Positions 1 through 9,885 of a stretch of DNA of 24,530 nucleotides are shown in pieces. Source of the DNA: Tubulanus polymorphus (Eukaryota; Animalia; Nemertea); NCBI RefSeq assembly GCF_964204645.1, contig NC_134036.1:7480363-7504892 (forward strand), in the 5' to 3' direction. How positions within the stretch are numbered: the stretch's first letter is position 1; each line of letters opens with the position of its first letter. The translations under genes and the position numbers were made by a program. The notes beneath the pieces are model-generated. The model ran no database searches and was not told the DNA's origin. It saw nothing but the letters and a program-made list of their open reading frames with translations.

Positions 1-1159
1 GATGCTGCATGAAAAACGTTCTCCAATAAATCGAATTTTTGAAACTTTTTGGTAAATTTCTCCAAAAATATGAAACCCATGGCTCTCAACTTAACGCACC
101 ATAAAGAAAAATCAATTACGAAATATATTTTTGCTTATTCCGTTCAATTCGCCCATTAATAGTGAAATAACAGGCTACTGAAATTGCGTTTGAGTGTGCA
201 AAAATAGCTTCGAGCGTAGTGTATTAAGCATACGAATGGTTATCGATCGGCCAGACCAGACATAGGCCTCGCTAGTGCGAGCCAAAAATTTATAAAGAAT
301 ATATAATCAATATTATAGATGTTTTAGAATCACACCGGCATGATCTACGATAACCTATTATAGTCAGGATCATTAAGAAAACCCGTGATCGCTGTTTTGC
401 TTTTATCATCATTATGAAATAATTATATTATTTGAAGCAAATGTCAATACTCGTAGACATCTGTAGACACATATATAAAAAGAGCGTTTCATATTCAACC
501 ACCTGTTGCGATTAGGATTCGAGTTACTGAAATTTCGAGACGAAAAGTCAACATCATGAATCGAAAAGCAAACATTGTAAACTGCGTTTTGACGTCGTGT
601 GCTTCTATAAGTATTGAAAACTATACGGAATATTCACTATATTCAGAACTAGCAGCATCAGTGGTGAAGATCATCTAGATAAAGTAGGTACATCTGCAAT
701 AGAATATAGATCAATACATTTAGCATAAAGGTACGTACTTTGATGGGGTATTAATCAATCTTGGTACCGTACGCACTTTATGCACCAAACTCAAATGAAA
801 ATAGCCGATACCACTGGTGTTATCGCGGCTTTTAGTACCGGGTATATGAAATCAATAAACAGCAATACTTGCTTAATTCATATGTTGTGTCATTTCTTCA
901 TATCGGACTAAGTTCTATGTCTGCTTGTTATGAATATAATGGGGGGGGGGGTGTTCATGGGTGTCATGGTGCGTACCTAAGAGGGGGGTCAGAAAAACGA
1001 GATTTTAAGGTACGTAATTTGTAAACGCTACCCAAAACGTTTTACAAATTAAGCAGTTCTTGTTTGGCAAAAAACCTTTCGCTGGTTATTATATATCCGA
1101 TATATTTCTGAGGTTTTCACGTGACTTCAAAATATTCTACCATTTCGGATCATTAACAC

Positions 1160-1440
1160 TAAAGCCCGCCGCACACGGCATAACATTTGTTTCGGTCAAA
1201 ACAGAAAACACGTTTTCCACAAAACGTTTTTCATGAAACATTTTGTCCGCAAACGATAAAACATCCAACGCACACGGGACGAAGAACCATTTCGACTTCG
1301 CAAAACTTTTTTTCGCTAATCAAGCGGTGCTTGTTTTGTGAAAAACGTTTTTCTGTTCTGTGTTTTGTGTTTTGACTCCCCGCACACGGCATAAGAAAGA
1401 AAAACACGAGAAAACGTTTTTTTTTCACGTGTTCAGCGGC
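1160..1440. repeat. Probable end of a non-autonomous DNA transposon with recurring AAAACGTTTT palindromes
   Basis: CCGCACACGGCATAA occurs at about 1169 and 1380, and AAAACGTTTT-type palindromes recur in between. No matching second TIR was found. Confidence 0.35.
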
Positions 1441-2654
1441 CATTATGGCTTCTAAGCGATGTCTAAAGGTAACCTGGTTTCGAGGGATTTCAAATGATTT
1501 CGAGGGATTATGGGAAAGTGTACATCATACACAGTAAATTTATCAGTTTTTTAAATTCAAATTTTAGGTGATTTAAAATGTTTGCCTATTTGGTCACTCG
1601 TGTAGGTATTATCGTTGCGACTGTGGCATGTGGTCAGTCAGGCGGTGAGTTTCATAAAACTTAAGATTTTATAAGAAAAATTACCACCATTCAATAACTA
1701 TATCGTAATTTTCGAACATTCGAACAAAACAAAGTCAGAAAAGTTTCATTGATTTCCACTATGAAAATTGTAATAGATTTAATTGAAAGAACGAGAGTTG
1801 GATTCTTACCAATTTTTATGTCCTTTCAATTTTTCGATGACCTTCAGTCCTCGCATAATGGGTGCCCTGAAAGGGGAGCGGTGGGTTGGGGTGTATTAGG
1901 TTGGGATCGTTACCTGCGGTGCGGGTTTTTATAAACCATCGATATTAACATAACACTATGCAGCGTCACCTATTTAAATGTCATTTTTAGATGTGTTCGG
2001 TTGCAATGAAAAAGGTGGACACTGTCATTCGTCTGCCGATTGCTGCAACCCAGCAGCGACATGTTTTGGAACGTGTGCATCCTAGGTTGAGAAATGAGGC
2101 TAATAGTTGGTGGCCAGTTTTTATAATCGGATATAGGTGGAAAATCCGATCATTGAACTGAACCAAAATCAGGTTACTGACTATAAAATGCTCGAATTGA
2201 ATTTATATTTGTAACCCTGTCATCAAATCTCGTGTTATAATTAGCTTCAATAAAACTGCGAGTAAATAAATCAATGATCGGTTTGTTAGCTGTTCATGAT
2301 TTTAAGGTGAATAGCTTCGTATTGATGAATACGAGATTCCCTCTCAATGGCGAGGAACAAACACATCGATCCTCAAATCAAGTTCCGCATATAACTCTAG
2401 ACTCTGACTCTTCAACTTCATAAACCAATCCTAAAAAAATATCATGTTAGAAAAAAAATTGTAAAAGATCAGTATCAGGCTCTATCTATACTACTACTAA
2501 CAACGATAACCATTTTTAATTTGACGATTTTTTTGAGAGGTTGGGGATGGGCAAGCTCCGAGAAAATAGCAAATGCCTTAGCGCTTATGCAATGTATCTT
2601 TATCTGGCGCTTATACTTCACAAGGCCGTGGTTATATTTTGGAGCAACACGTTG

Positions 2655-3098
2655 GGGAGCATCTCAAAATTTCGATAGTTATTTCAATTAGAATAACTCG
2701 CGGAAGGGAATGGGGGGGTTAGGCCTTCCGCGGATTCATCGCGACTGCCGAACAATCGATTTATTGCGGTGCAATAAAGATAACATTAAATTGAATTGCT
2801 GTTTCAAATATAAATATTACAAGCAGTAGATTTAACCGTCTCTTATATGCTGTTGGTATTTTGAAATATATTTGATTTTGTTTATACAGTCTATTAGAGT
2901 TTAATAGGTTTTCCGCTTGTAATTTTGCTTATTTATTTTTCAAGTAAAGTTGTGATCGAACACTCGTGAGAATGTCCTGTGGGTGGTATCTCATTAGAAA
3001 ATCAATAGTTCCAACTTTGGCATGTGTCTAATCAAAGGGGGGGGGGGTGAAACCAATTAGACAGTTATTCTAATTGAGGAAACTATTGAGATGCTCCC
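2655..3098. mobile_element. MITE-like element with imperfect ~45-bp TIRs
   Basis: Left end GGGAGCATCTCAAAATTTCGATAGTTATTTCAATTAGAATAACT matches the reverse complement of the right end, GGGAGCATCTCAATAGTTTCCTCAATTAGAATAACT. The interior is non-coding. A third, truncated copy of the terminus starts at 3627. Confidence 0.65.
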
Positions 3099-3102
3099 TA
3101 AC

Positions 3103-3625
3103 TTGCCGTCAAAACCGAATTCAGATTTCGAGTATTGAGTGATCTATTGTGTAGAATGCAGAGGTCAAGCATAACCATAAAGACTACCTTGCTAGAATCC
3201 ATTCCAGACAAGGTGTCATTCGTTACTCTCGGTAGAGTTGTTTGAGTACTGTGGCTAGCACGATATGTAGATTGAAAAGGCTCGTGAAGATCATGTTTAT
3301 CAAGGTGGTCAATGATTCTGGCAGGATATGAAAGCAATTTGGATATGAAAGGAATACTGAAACTGGTCGGTAATTTTTGAGTCCCTGATGATCAAGAGAA
3401 ACCTTCTCTAAAATAGGATGCACTATCGCATGTTTCAACTGTACCGGATATAATTGATAAACCGACAACATTAACATTAATTAACCATGACCTCAAGCAT
3501 TCCAGAAACGGATATTAAAGAGAAAAATAATGCTGCTGGTACAGGACTCGAGCTTATCCTTCTTCCGACTTCAAAGGTATCAGTTAACTCTATGTTTTTC
3601 AGAATCGGAGGAGTGTCTTTATCTA
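3103..3625 (-). pseudogene. Non-LTR retrotransposon (L2/CR1 group) ORF2 fragment, start of the RT domain, frameshifted
   Basis: Motifs LKHAIVHPILEKVSLD..LKNYRPVS and HLDKHDLHEPFQSTYRASHSTQTTL..VTNDTL..MD....MVMLDL fall in different frames and match the NYRPVS / QSAYR..HSTETAL / LDL pattern. Confidence 0.85.
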
Positions 3626-3626
3626 A

Positions 3627-4015
3627 GGGAGCATCTCAAAATTTCAATAGTTGCATCGATTCTCAGTGGGCACACGACGTATTTTCAACGTTTATCCTAC
3701 GTTGAAGACCATGACGTCGAAATACCACGGTGAATTTACGTCGATGGTTTCGCTAGTTATAACCTGACGCCGCTAGTTTACTAGTTGATTTCCATGTCGT
3801 ATCAAAATAGGCCGAATAAAAAATGACATCCCCTCTTTAAAACTCACAAAATCGTTTTGGCAATTGTTTTCAAAACATATGTGCTTCGATGGATCAATCT
3901 AATTAATGGGATTAGAACTCAACGGTATAAATATATATCTAAAAACACGACTGAGTTGTCGACGTTGTATTTACGTTGAAAACGACAACATACCATGGTG
4001 ACTTTAGTCGATCGT
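3627..4015. repeat. Truncated copy of the 2655 MITE terminus followed by a GACGT/ACGTTG-rich transposon-like repeat
   Basis: GGGAGCATCTCAAAATTTCAATAGTT at 3627. From 3661, TCTCAGTGGGCACACGACGT is followed by many ACGT-core motifs up to about 4010. Confidence 0.4.
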
Positions 4016-4378
4016 TTTAGTTTTAGGACATAGCTTTTTCTAGTATGAATAACAATCGCCCCGATTGGGATGGCATTCGAACCTGCTGGCAAATATTGCG
4101 CACGTGTAGCAAAAATGTGACGACGCCGGTAGTCATTTATTTATTGGCAATTTGTGTAATAATGAAACCATCCACAAATCAATGCAATGCGCATGCGCGA
4201 ATGCGCTGGACTTAGAAAATTCTAAGAGAGATCCACGAAAATTAGGATTCCAACGCGCAAGCCCAATGGTGCTAGCCTAACGTTTTCCCCCAGCCCTATC
4301 GCCGAAGCTGTCAAAATTTGCAACTGTCTAACTACTTATATCCTCATCTTGACCCTACCCTATTATAATATGTAACAG

Positions 4379-4430
4379 AACCTTACCCTAACCCTAAACC
4401 TAACCCTTACCCTTACCCTAACCCTCACCC
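4379..4430 (+). repeat. Degenerate telomere-like (CCCTAA)n tract
   Basis: ccttaccctaaccctaaacctaacccttacccttaccctaaccctcaccc. Confidence 0.85.
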
Positions 4431-4443
4431 GAGTCCCCTCTAG

Positions 4444-4874
4444 GTCTACTCAAGAACTCCGTCAACCCGACGTCGAGGCACCAAGAAATGCAGAACACCG
4501 ATATGCCGTACGTGTCCCCTCAACCGAGAAACAACCGTTTGCCGCAGCCACAACAAAATGCACGCGATCCGCAGCACAATTAATTGCGCGACCCGTGAAA
4601 TTATATACTGCATCGAATGCACCAAGTGCAACATGCTGTACGTCGGCCAAACCGGAATGTCTCTACGAGAACGCGTCACGGATCACGTCTCACGCATCAG
4701 AATTCGACTCCAGTCTCTGACCACTTCAACCAGGTCGACCACACCCGCGAACACTTTCGGGTGTACGGTCTCCAACACCTACCAGGCTCGACGAGACCGA
4801 CCCGCGAAGCAGCCGAATAAGACTGGATACGACGACTCGACACGAACACGCCCCGAGGTATCAACGTCCCGTAG
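4444..4874 (+). pseudogene. Penelope-like element GIY-YIG endonuclease (Neptune-type Cys-rich linker), disrupted; no RT in the window
   Basis: GTKKCRTPICRTCP...INCATREIIYCIECTKCNMLYVGQTGMSLRERVTDH, a frameshift near 4700, then PVSDHFNQVDH...REAAE*DWIRRLDTNTPRGIN. GIY-YIG equivalents, CCHH residues, the catalytic R/E and the terminal GxN are present. Confidence 0.88.
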
Positions 4875-4967
4875 ACCGCCTTATCACAAAAATTAATTCA
4901 TACCGTTTTTTACAGGGATAACCCGCTGCCCGTGCACTAGTGGGGTCTCCAAACCTTCGGTTTGGTC

Positions 4968-5010
4968 CCCTAACCTCTATCTCTAAACCTACCCTCACCC
5001 TAACCCTAAC
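4968..5010 (+). repeat. Second degenerate telomere-like tract
   Basis: ccctaacctctatctctaaacctaccctcaccctaaccctaac. Confidence 0.75.
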
Positions 5011-5157
5011 TCTCTGCAGCTATCTTCTTAGCGCGGTTCGTCAAATGAACTTGCCAATAACCCTTGGTTAAATCGATTTTAGTCATACACTTAATTTACC
5101 AATCTGATCGAATAAGTAACGAGACGAGTAGCACTATATAGGTTAACTATTTATTTG

Positions 5158-5205
5158 ATGCACGAGCTTTCGCTACTAATTGATAGAAACTTCATCAGGT
5201 GAATG
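5158..5205 (-). ncRNA. Minimal type I hammerhead ribozyme (Penelope pLTR/retrozyme type)
   Basis: Minus strand reads cac-CUGAUGA-a-guuucua(ucaau)uaguagc-GAAA-gc-UC-gug. Both core boxes, stem I (cac/gug), stem II with one mismatch and a palindromic AGCU stem III are present. AATAAA follows a few nt downstream. Confidence 0.8.
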
Positions 5206-5206
5206 A

Positions 5207-5950
5207 GTGATCGACAAGATCATCTATCCTGGGTATTGGATAACCATCTGTCTTGTCACTGAATCGACTTAACGAAAATCTGTCGCAAACCTCACCTTTC
5301 CATCTGGCTTAGGAATTAACAGACACGGAGAACTCCAGTCACTATCACTGGGTTCAGCTACACCGATTTCTACCATGGCCTCGATCTCCGTTTTCAGGAT
5401 ATCTCTCTTGATTCACTCGATATGGGGCCAGTTTAACTGGTGTATCATCACCCACATCCAGATCATGAGTTATCAAACTGGTTTCACCCGGTGGATCTGT
5501 GAACAAACGTCTAAATTCATTAATCATATAAATCAATTGTTTCTTTTGATTAGGTTCTAAATGCGATAAATTTTCATCCAATAACCTTAATTCACTCGAA
5601 TTGTCAAAAGTAGGAGGAACCACCAAATTATTCAAATCCAGCACATTATGAAATGGTTCCCCAGTTAATAAAGAAACAACTTTTGGATTCCTAACATCAC
5701 ATCTTCTATAATTACATATGGTTTCATCATATTTACATCAGGAGTTGTTACTATATAATCAACATGATTAACCTTTTCCTTTACTACGTAGGGACCCTGA
5801 TACTTAACACGTAAAGTTTAACTGACATCTAGAACTTTATCTCCTGGATAAAAAATTATACTCCTAGCTCTCATGTCATGCCACATTTTCATCTTACTTT
5901 GTGATTCAGTTAAGTGCTCACGAGCACACTTCCACGTATTACACATTTTA
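5207..5950 (-). pseudogene. Gypsy LTR retrotransposon pol fragment with integrase upstream of RT (Gmr1-like order)
   Basis: Integrase C-terminus AREHLTESQSKMKMWHDMRAR...FYPGDKVL...KYQGPYVVKEKVNHVDY...VNMMKPY is followed by the RT N-terminus LSHLEPNQKKQL...FTDPPGETSLITHDLDVGD..PVKLAPYRV...SDWSSPCLLIPKPDGKVRFATDFR*...YPIPRIDDL. Confidence 0.88.
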
Positions 5951-6169
5951 TTACACCCTAAAATATTCTATAACTGTTATACTAATTTTTCATTTACTCA
6001 TTACTAATACAGGATAAAGCAACAGAACGATGTCTCCCGATACTTCCGTTTCTTCCTTTTATAGAAAGTAGCCGGGAGTATCAAGAAGTAACAGCGAGAT
6101 CCCTCCAGGAACCACATTATTAATACACTTCATTGTTCCAACCCAACCAAATACGGAATTATGAATGAG

Positions 6170-6783
6170 AATTTATATTTTCATTGGTTTATCTTCGGAT
6201 TTTATAAATTTAACTTTATCAGATATACTAATTTTAGGATATTCTACGTCTGTAATTATTTTTATAATATTTTTCATATTTTCTAAATTTTCCTCTATCA
6301 ATTAACCTTTATAAAATTTAAATTCAATAGCAGCTGGTCCAATATAAATTTAAAATGCTTCAGTAATTTCAATATCTTTTTTATCATCTAATGAATTAAT
6401 ATAATTTCTAACATCTTCCATGCATGGTCTTTTATTGTTTAATTTTTTTTTATTCTTTTAATCATGCTTTCTTTCTCATTAATATCTTTATCAAAATAAT
6501 CTTCACCTAAAATATTATTATTAATATTTCTAATATGACTTTTAGATTTTAAATGTTGTTCATAATAATACCTTTTGTAACTGAATGATTGATTACATGT
6601 ATCATATTTATTTATTTCTTTTTCATTCTTTAATTCATCTAATTTAGTTTGTAATATATCAATATTATATTCTAATTTCAATTTATTTTCTAAGTGAGAT
6701 TTAGTATCATTAGGTCTTGCTTTTTGAGATTTATCTATATTGATTTTACATGTTGGACAGTAGTACTTCTTATTTGCTTCGAT
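6170..6783 (-). pseudogene. Tandem C2H2/U1-type zinc-finger protein, possibly the N-terminal region of a Polinton pPolB
   Basis: The frame extends upstream of ORF 6439-6681 to a probable mutated start (ATC at 6783): KYYCPTCKINIDKSQKARPNDTKSHLEN...KYDTCNQSFSYKRYYYEQHLKSKSHIRN. After a frameshift it continues IEITEAFKIY...PKISISDKVKF. Confidence 0.55.
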
Positions 6784-6819
6784 TTTAATGTCAAATTTTT
6801 TATTAAAATTGATTTTATA

Positions 6820-7047
6820 TTATTCGAAATCTATATCATGGTGACCTTTTTCATTCTTACCTTTGTATATGAAATAGAAATCACCTGAATATAATTCTTC
6901 TAGATCTTCACGAGATAATCTATAGTGAATAATAGTGAATAACTAATTTATCTCCATATCTATTAGTAACTGTTTCAATATTTGTAATTAAATATTTCTT
7001 ATTTAAAGTTAATTCGGTTAACTTTTTTAAATTCATAATCTACAGAT
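6820..7047 (-). pseudogene. Diverged, internally deleted paralog of the 117-aa Polinton gene at 22792-23145
   Basis: Direct nucleotide similarity, e.g. ttattcgaaatctat.tcatggtg.cctttttcattcttacctttgtata.gaaatagaaatc and taactaatttatctccata...tattagtaactgt.tcaatatttgtaatta, with roughly 60 nt missing internally. Confidence 0.88.
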
Positions 7048-7048
7048 C

Positions 7049-7183
7049 GTATATATGGGGGTTCGGATTAAAGGTTGAAAGGTTGAGTGAGTAAAAAATG
7101 AAAAATAAATTCGAGCGTGCGTGTATTTTTCATTCTTTAAGAGCTCGACCTTTCGACCTTTGATCTGAACCCCTATTTATACA
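7049..7183. repeat. ~135-bp imperfect palindrome (hairpin 1)
   Basis: gtatatatgggggttcggattaaaggttgaaaggttgag...aatgaaaaata pairs with tatttttcatt...ctcgacctttcgacctttgatctgaacccctatttatac. Confidence 0.9.
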
Positions 7184-7189
7184 ATTACT

Positions 7190-7541
7190 TCTGTTTGTAT
7201 ACATCAAATCTAGTGCAGTTAAATAAGAAGTGCTCCTCATCCTCTATAGTGTTGTATTTTAGACATAAACGATTTTCAGCAGTTATTGATAGGTGCCGCC
7301 CTTTTTCGATCATGAGGTTATGGGAACTAGTTCTTAATTTGGCCATTGCTGACCTTTGGCAGAAGTCGTTAGTGACGAAGAGACATTTTTCTAATTTAAA
7401 GTCAGTTTTGTATTTGTTGTAAAAATTGGTAACTACTATGTTTTGAATCTGATATTTCACATTTCCAATATTTTCTGAAGTTGGCTAGTAGGGAGAATTT
7501 GATTGATAGGGTAGCATTTACAATATTCCGGGATCCATTGT
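7190..7541 (-). pseudogene. Non-LTR retrotransposon ORF2 C-terminal fragment (CCHC zinc-knuckle region)
   Basis: KYKTDFKLEKCL...RSAMAKLRTSSHNLMIEKGRH...ENRLCLKYNTIEDEEHFLFNCTRF matches the R.S.H.L.IE.GR...RLC..C...EDE.HF...C pattern. It appears cut at both ends. Confidence 0.85.
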
Positions 7542-7946
7542 AGTAATAGGGGTAATGGGCTTCCAAGCCAAAGGTCGAACGGTCGAGCTCATTAAAAAAC
7601 AAAACATTAAAAGTAATTTAAAACTATAATATATTTTCATAACCGTGTGTATTTTATATTATAACTAAATATTTATTCTAAGATATCAATAATTTAAAAA
7701 GCATATTGTATTAAATCAATTGGTCGCTCCACTTCGCTACCGCTCCGCTCCGCGACCAATTGATTTATTTACAATACACAAATTCATATAATCAAATATA
7801 TCTTAATGATAATAATTATTCTATTATTCAACTGAAATACACACGGTTATGAAAATATATTATAGTTTTAAATTACTTTTAATGTTTTGTTTTTAATGAA
7901 CTCGACCATTCAACCTTTAACCTGAAAGCCCATTACCCCTATTACT
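7542..7946. repeat. ~405-bp palindrome (hairpin 2) at the putative Polinton left terminus
   Basis: Arms 7542-7654 and 7835-7946 are near-perfect reverse complements. A perfect inner stem 7712-7727/7752-7767 (taaatcaattggtcgc) closes a GC-rich 24-nt loop. Confidence 0.95.
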
Positions 7947-8151
7947 CTTAAAATAATCATATACATGAATAACATTTAAATTGACGGATTATTCAATATA
8001 AAAGTATATATTTACAACATTATTTCAATATTCATATTTGTGTGAGTTAGATTTTTAAACATTAAAAGTGTTAGTAAAGTGTGATTGAAATAATACATGA
8101 TATAAATCATTGAACTTCTAAAATCAATTTAGTAAAAAATATGTATAATAA

Positions 8152-8820
8152 ATGGAATCAGAACAACCACAAACTATAAATATTACAAATAACACTGGTG
8201 TCATAAACATATACTACAAGAAGTGTTCTAAATGTGAATTAGATAAATTAGCTTTAACAGAATTTAGTAAGCGTAAGATTAGCAAAGATGGTTTTCAATA
8301 TTGCTGTAAAACTTGCACTAAACTATATACCAAACAATATCGAGAAGATAATAGAGAAGCTTATAATGATTATATGACAGAATATATGAGAGAAAGATAT
8401 CAAACAGATCTTAATTTTAGATTAAAACAATGTTTAAGATCTAGATTAACACAATTATTCAACAAAGAAACACATTCAGAAACACTATCTAATTTATTGG
8501 ATTGTTCAGATGAATTTCTCAAATCATGGATAATATATCAATTCGATGATAAAATGAATATAGATAATTATGGTGAATACTTTCATATTGATCACGTGTT
8601 GCCGATTTCTAAATTTGACATGAATGATGAATACAATAAAAAACTTATTTGGAATTGGAAGAATCTAAGACCTTTAGAAAAGAAGGAAAACATAATTAAA
8701 TCTAATAAACTAGATTTACAGTTATATTTAGATCAACTGGATAAAGCAAAGACATTTGTGGAATTATGGAATAGTATTTCACAGAATCAACCGCATTCTG
8801 AGGTTTTAATCAGTGGTTAG
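8152..8820 (+). CDS. HNH endonuclease with N-terminal Cys4 zinc ribbon (large-DNA-virus type)
   Basis: KKCSKC...EF.K....KDG....CKTC, then R.RL..., MN.DNYG..FHIDHVLP...F.......W.NLRPL...EN..KSNK. Intact 222-aa ORF. Confidence 0.8.
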   Translation: MESEQPQTINITNNTGVINIYYKKCSKCELDKLALTEFSKRKISKDGFQYCCKTCTKLYTKQYREDNREAYNDYMTEYMRERYQTDLNFRLKQCLRSRLTQLFNKETHSETLSNLLDCSDEFLKSWIIYQFDDKMNIDNYGEYFHIDHVLPISKFDMNDEYNKKLIWNWKNLRPLEKKENIIKSNKLDLQLYLDQLDKAKTFVELWNSISQNQPHSEVLISG

Positions 8821-9303
8821 AAAGCTGGCAATTCTATTTGAGCTTTGTATGTATATAATACATACCTCTTGTTTACTACTAAAACGTATGTTGCCAAATA
8901 TATCTTGTTTTCAATTCTAAAGAATTAATTAACTTCATCATAAAGAACATCTGTGCAGAAATAATTAGTTTGGTCGAACGTGCGCTACGTCGGCAGTTAG
9001 AAATCAACTTTCACATACATAGTACGTATTGGATATTCTCTCTCAAAACACAGTTAACAGTTCTAAATCTAAATGTAAGTACATATATTATGAAGTAGGG
9101 AAACCTTTAAACATATTTAAGTACAGTAATTCATTTTCACGACATCTTTTAGATTAAAATGGAACACAAAGATCAACCAGAAATTATAAGCCAACCAACG
9201 GATGAGGAACGATGCTACTGGATAGTGAAACTCAGGAATCAATAGAAATGGAGGATGAAACTCTCGTAATTGACGAACAAACTTCACAAAATTACAAGAA
9301 CAT

Positions 9304-9885
9304 TTGGACTATCATCAAGAAATGGTGAAAATTCTGAGTGATGTAATACATAATAAACAATTACCGCGCGAACTACAATTACCAAAATTACCAGCAACGC
9401 GACTCAAATTGCTGTTGGGGCTCAAAGAATCGAAAACTAAGAAAATGAGTGGAGAAGAGTTGAACGAGTTTTTAAAATCTAAATTAATCATTGACACAGA
9501 ACATTTAAACTTTCCGGAAATACAAAGTGTAGAAGTTATTTCATTTGCTGAAATTACTGATATCTTAAAAAAAAGTTATAAAACCATATTAAATAGAAAA
9601 GCAAATCACCTATGGGACCACATCATTTTCGGGGGTTATCTAAATATAGGGTTTTCAATGTTTGATAAAGAAACTGACGGGATTTCTTGGGGGCTGTGGG
9701 TTAAAAAGAACATAGATATCAGTGCCGGTTCTGAAAGAAAACTGAGAAGAGTAGGTAGATTAATAAAATATGAAAAAATCAAAATATTAGGATTAGCATT
9801 TAGTGAAGTAGTAAGACATTTACCAGAAATTGAAGAAATGATTGGAAACAATCCAGTAAATAAAGAATTCTGGACAAAATTATAA
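9304..9885 (+). CDS. Hypothetical helical protein; original start probably ATG 9159 with a frameshift
   Basis: 193-aa ORF. The C-terminal part FGGYLNIGF...SWGLWVKKNIDISAGSERKLRRVG loosely resembles DUF3102-type G..L....W..W....IS...R helical domains. Confidence 0.55.
   Translation: MDYHQEMVKILSDVIHNKQLPRELQLPKLPATRLKLLLGLKESKTKKMSGEELNEFLKSKLIIDTEHLNFPEIQSVEVISFAEITDILKKSYKTILNRKANHLWDHIIFGGYLNIGFSMFDKETDGISWGLWVKKNIDISAGSERKLRRVGRLIKYEKIKILGLAFSEVVRHLPEIEEMIGNNPVNKEFWTKL

Larger units (their letters stand above)
6160..7189 (-). mobile_element. Remnant of a second, related Polinton/Maverick
   Basis: Very AT-rich. Contains a diverged copy of the 22792-23145 gene, a Zn-finger gene and a hairpin related to 7542-7946. 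The minus strand begins AGTAAT at 7189. The left boundary is approximate. Confidence 0.7.

Noticed and set aside
740-1035. MITE ending in TACGTAATTTGTAAACGCTACCC
   Set aside because: It looks like a transposon end, but a convincing matching left TIR and TSD could not be identified.
1187-1934. ORFs 1187-1375, 1231-1443 and 1749-1934 as genes
   Set aside because: They are short, derive from repeat or low-complexity sequence and show no recognisable motifs.
4379-5010. True telomere or chromosome-fusion site
   Set aside because: The tracts are short, degenerate and all in one orientation.
7402-7602. 66-aa ORF as a gene
   Set aside because: It is a chimera of hairpin 2 sequence and the LINE fragment.
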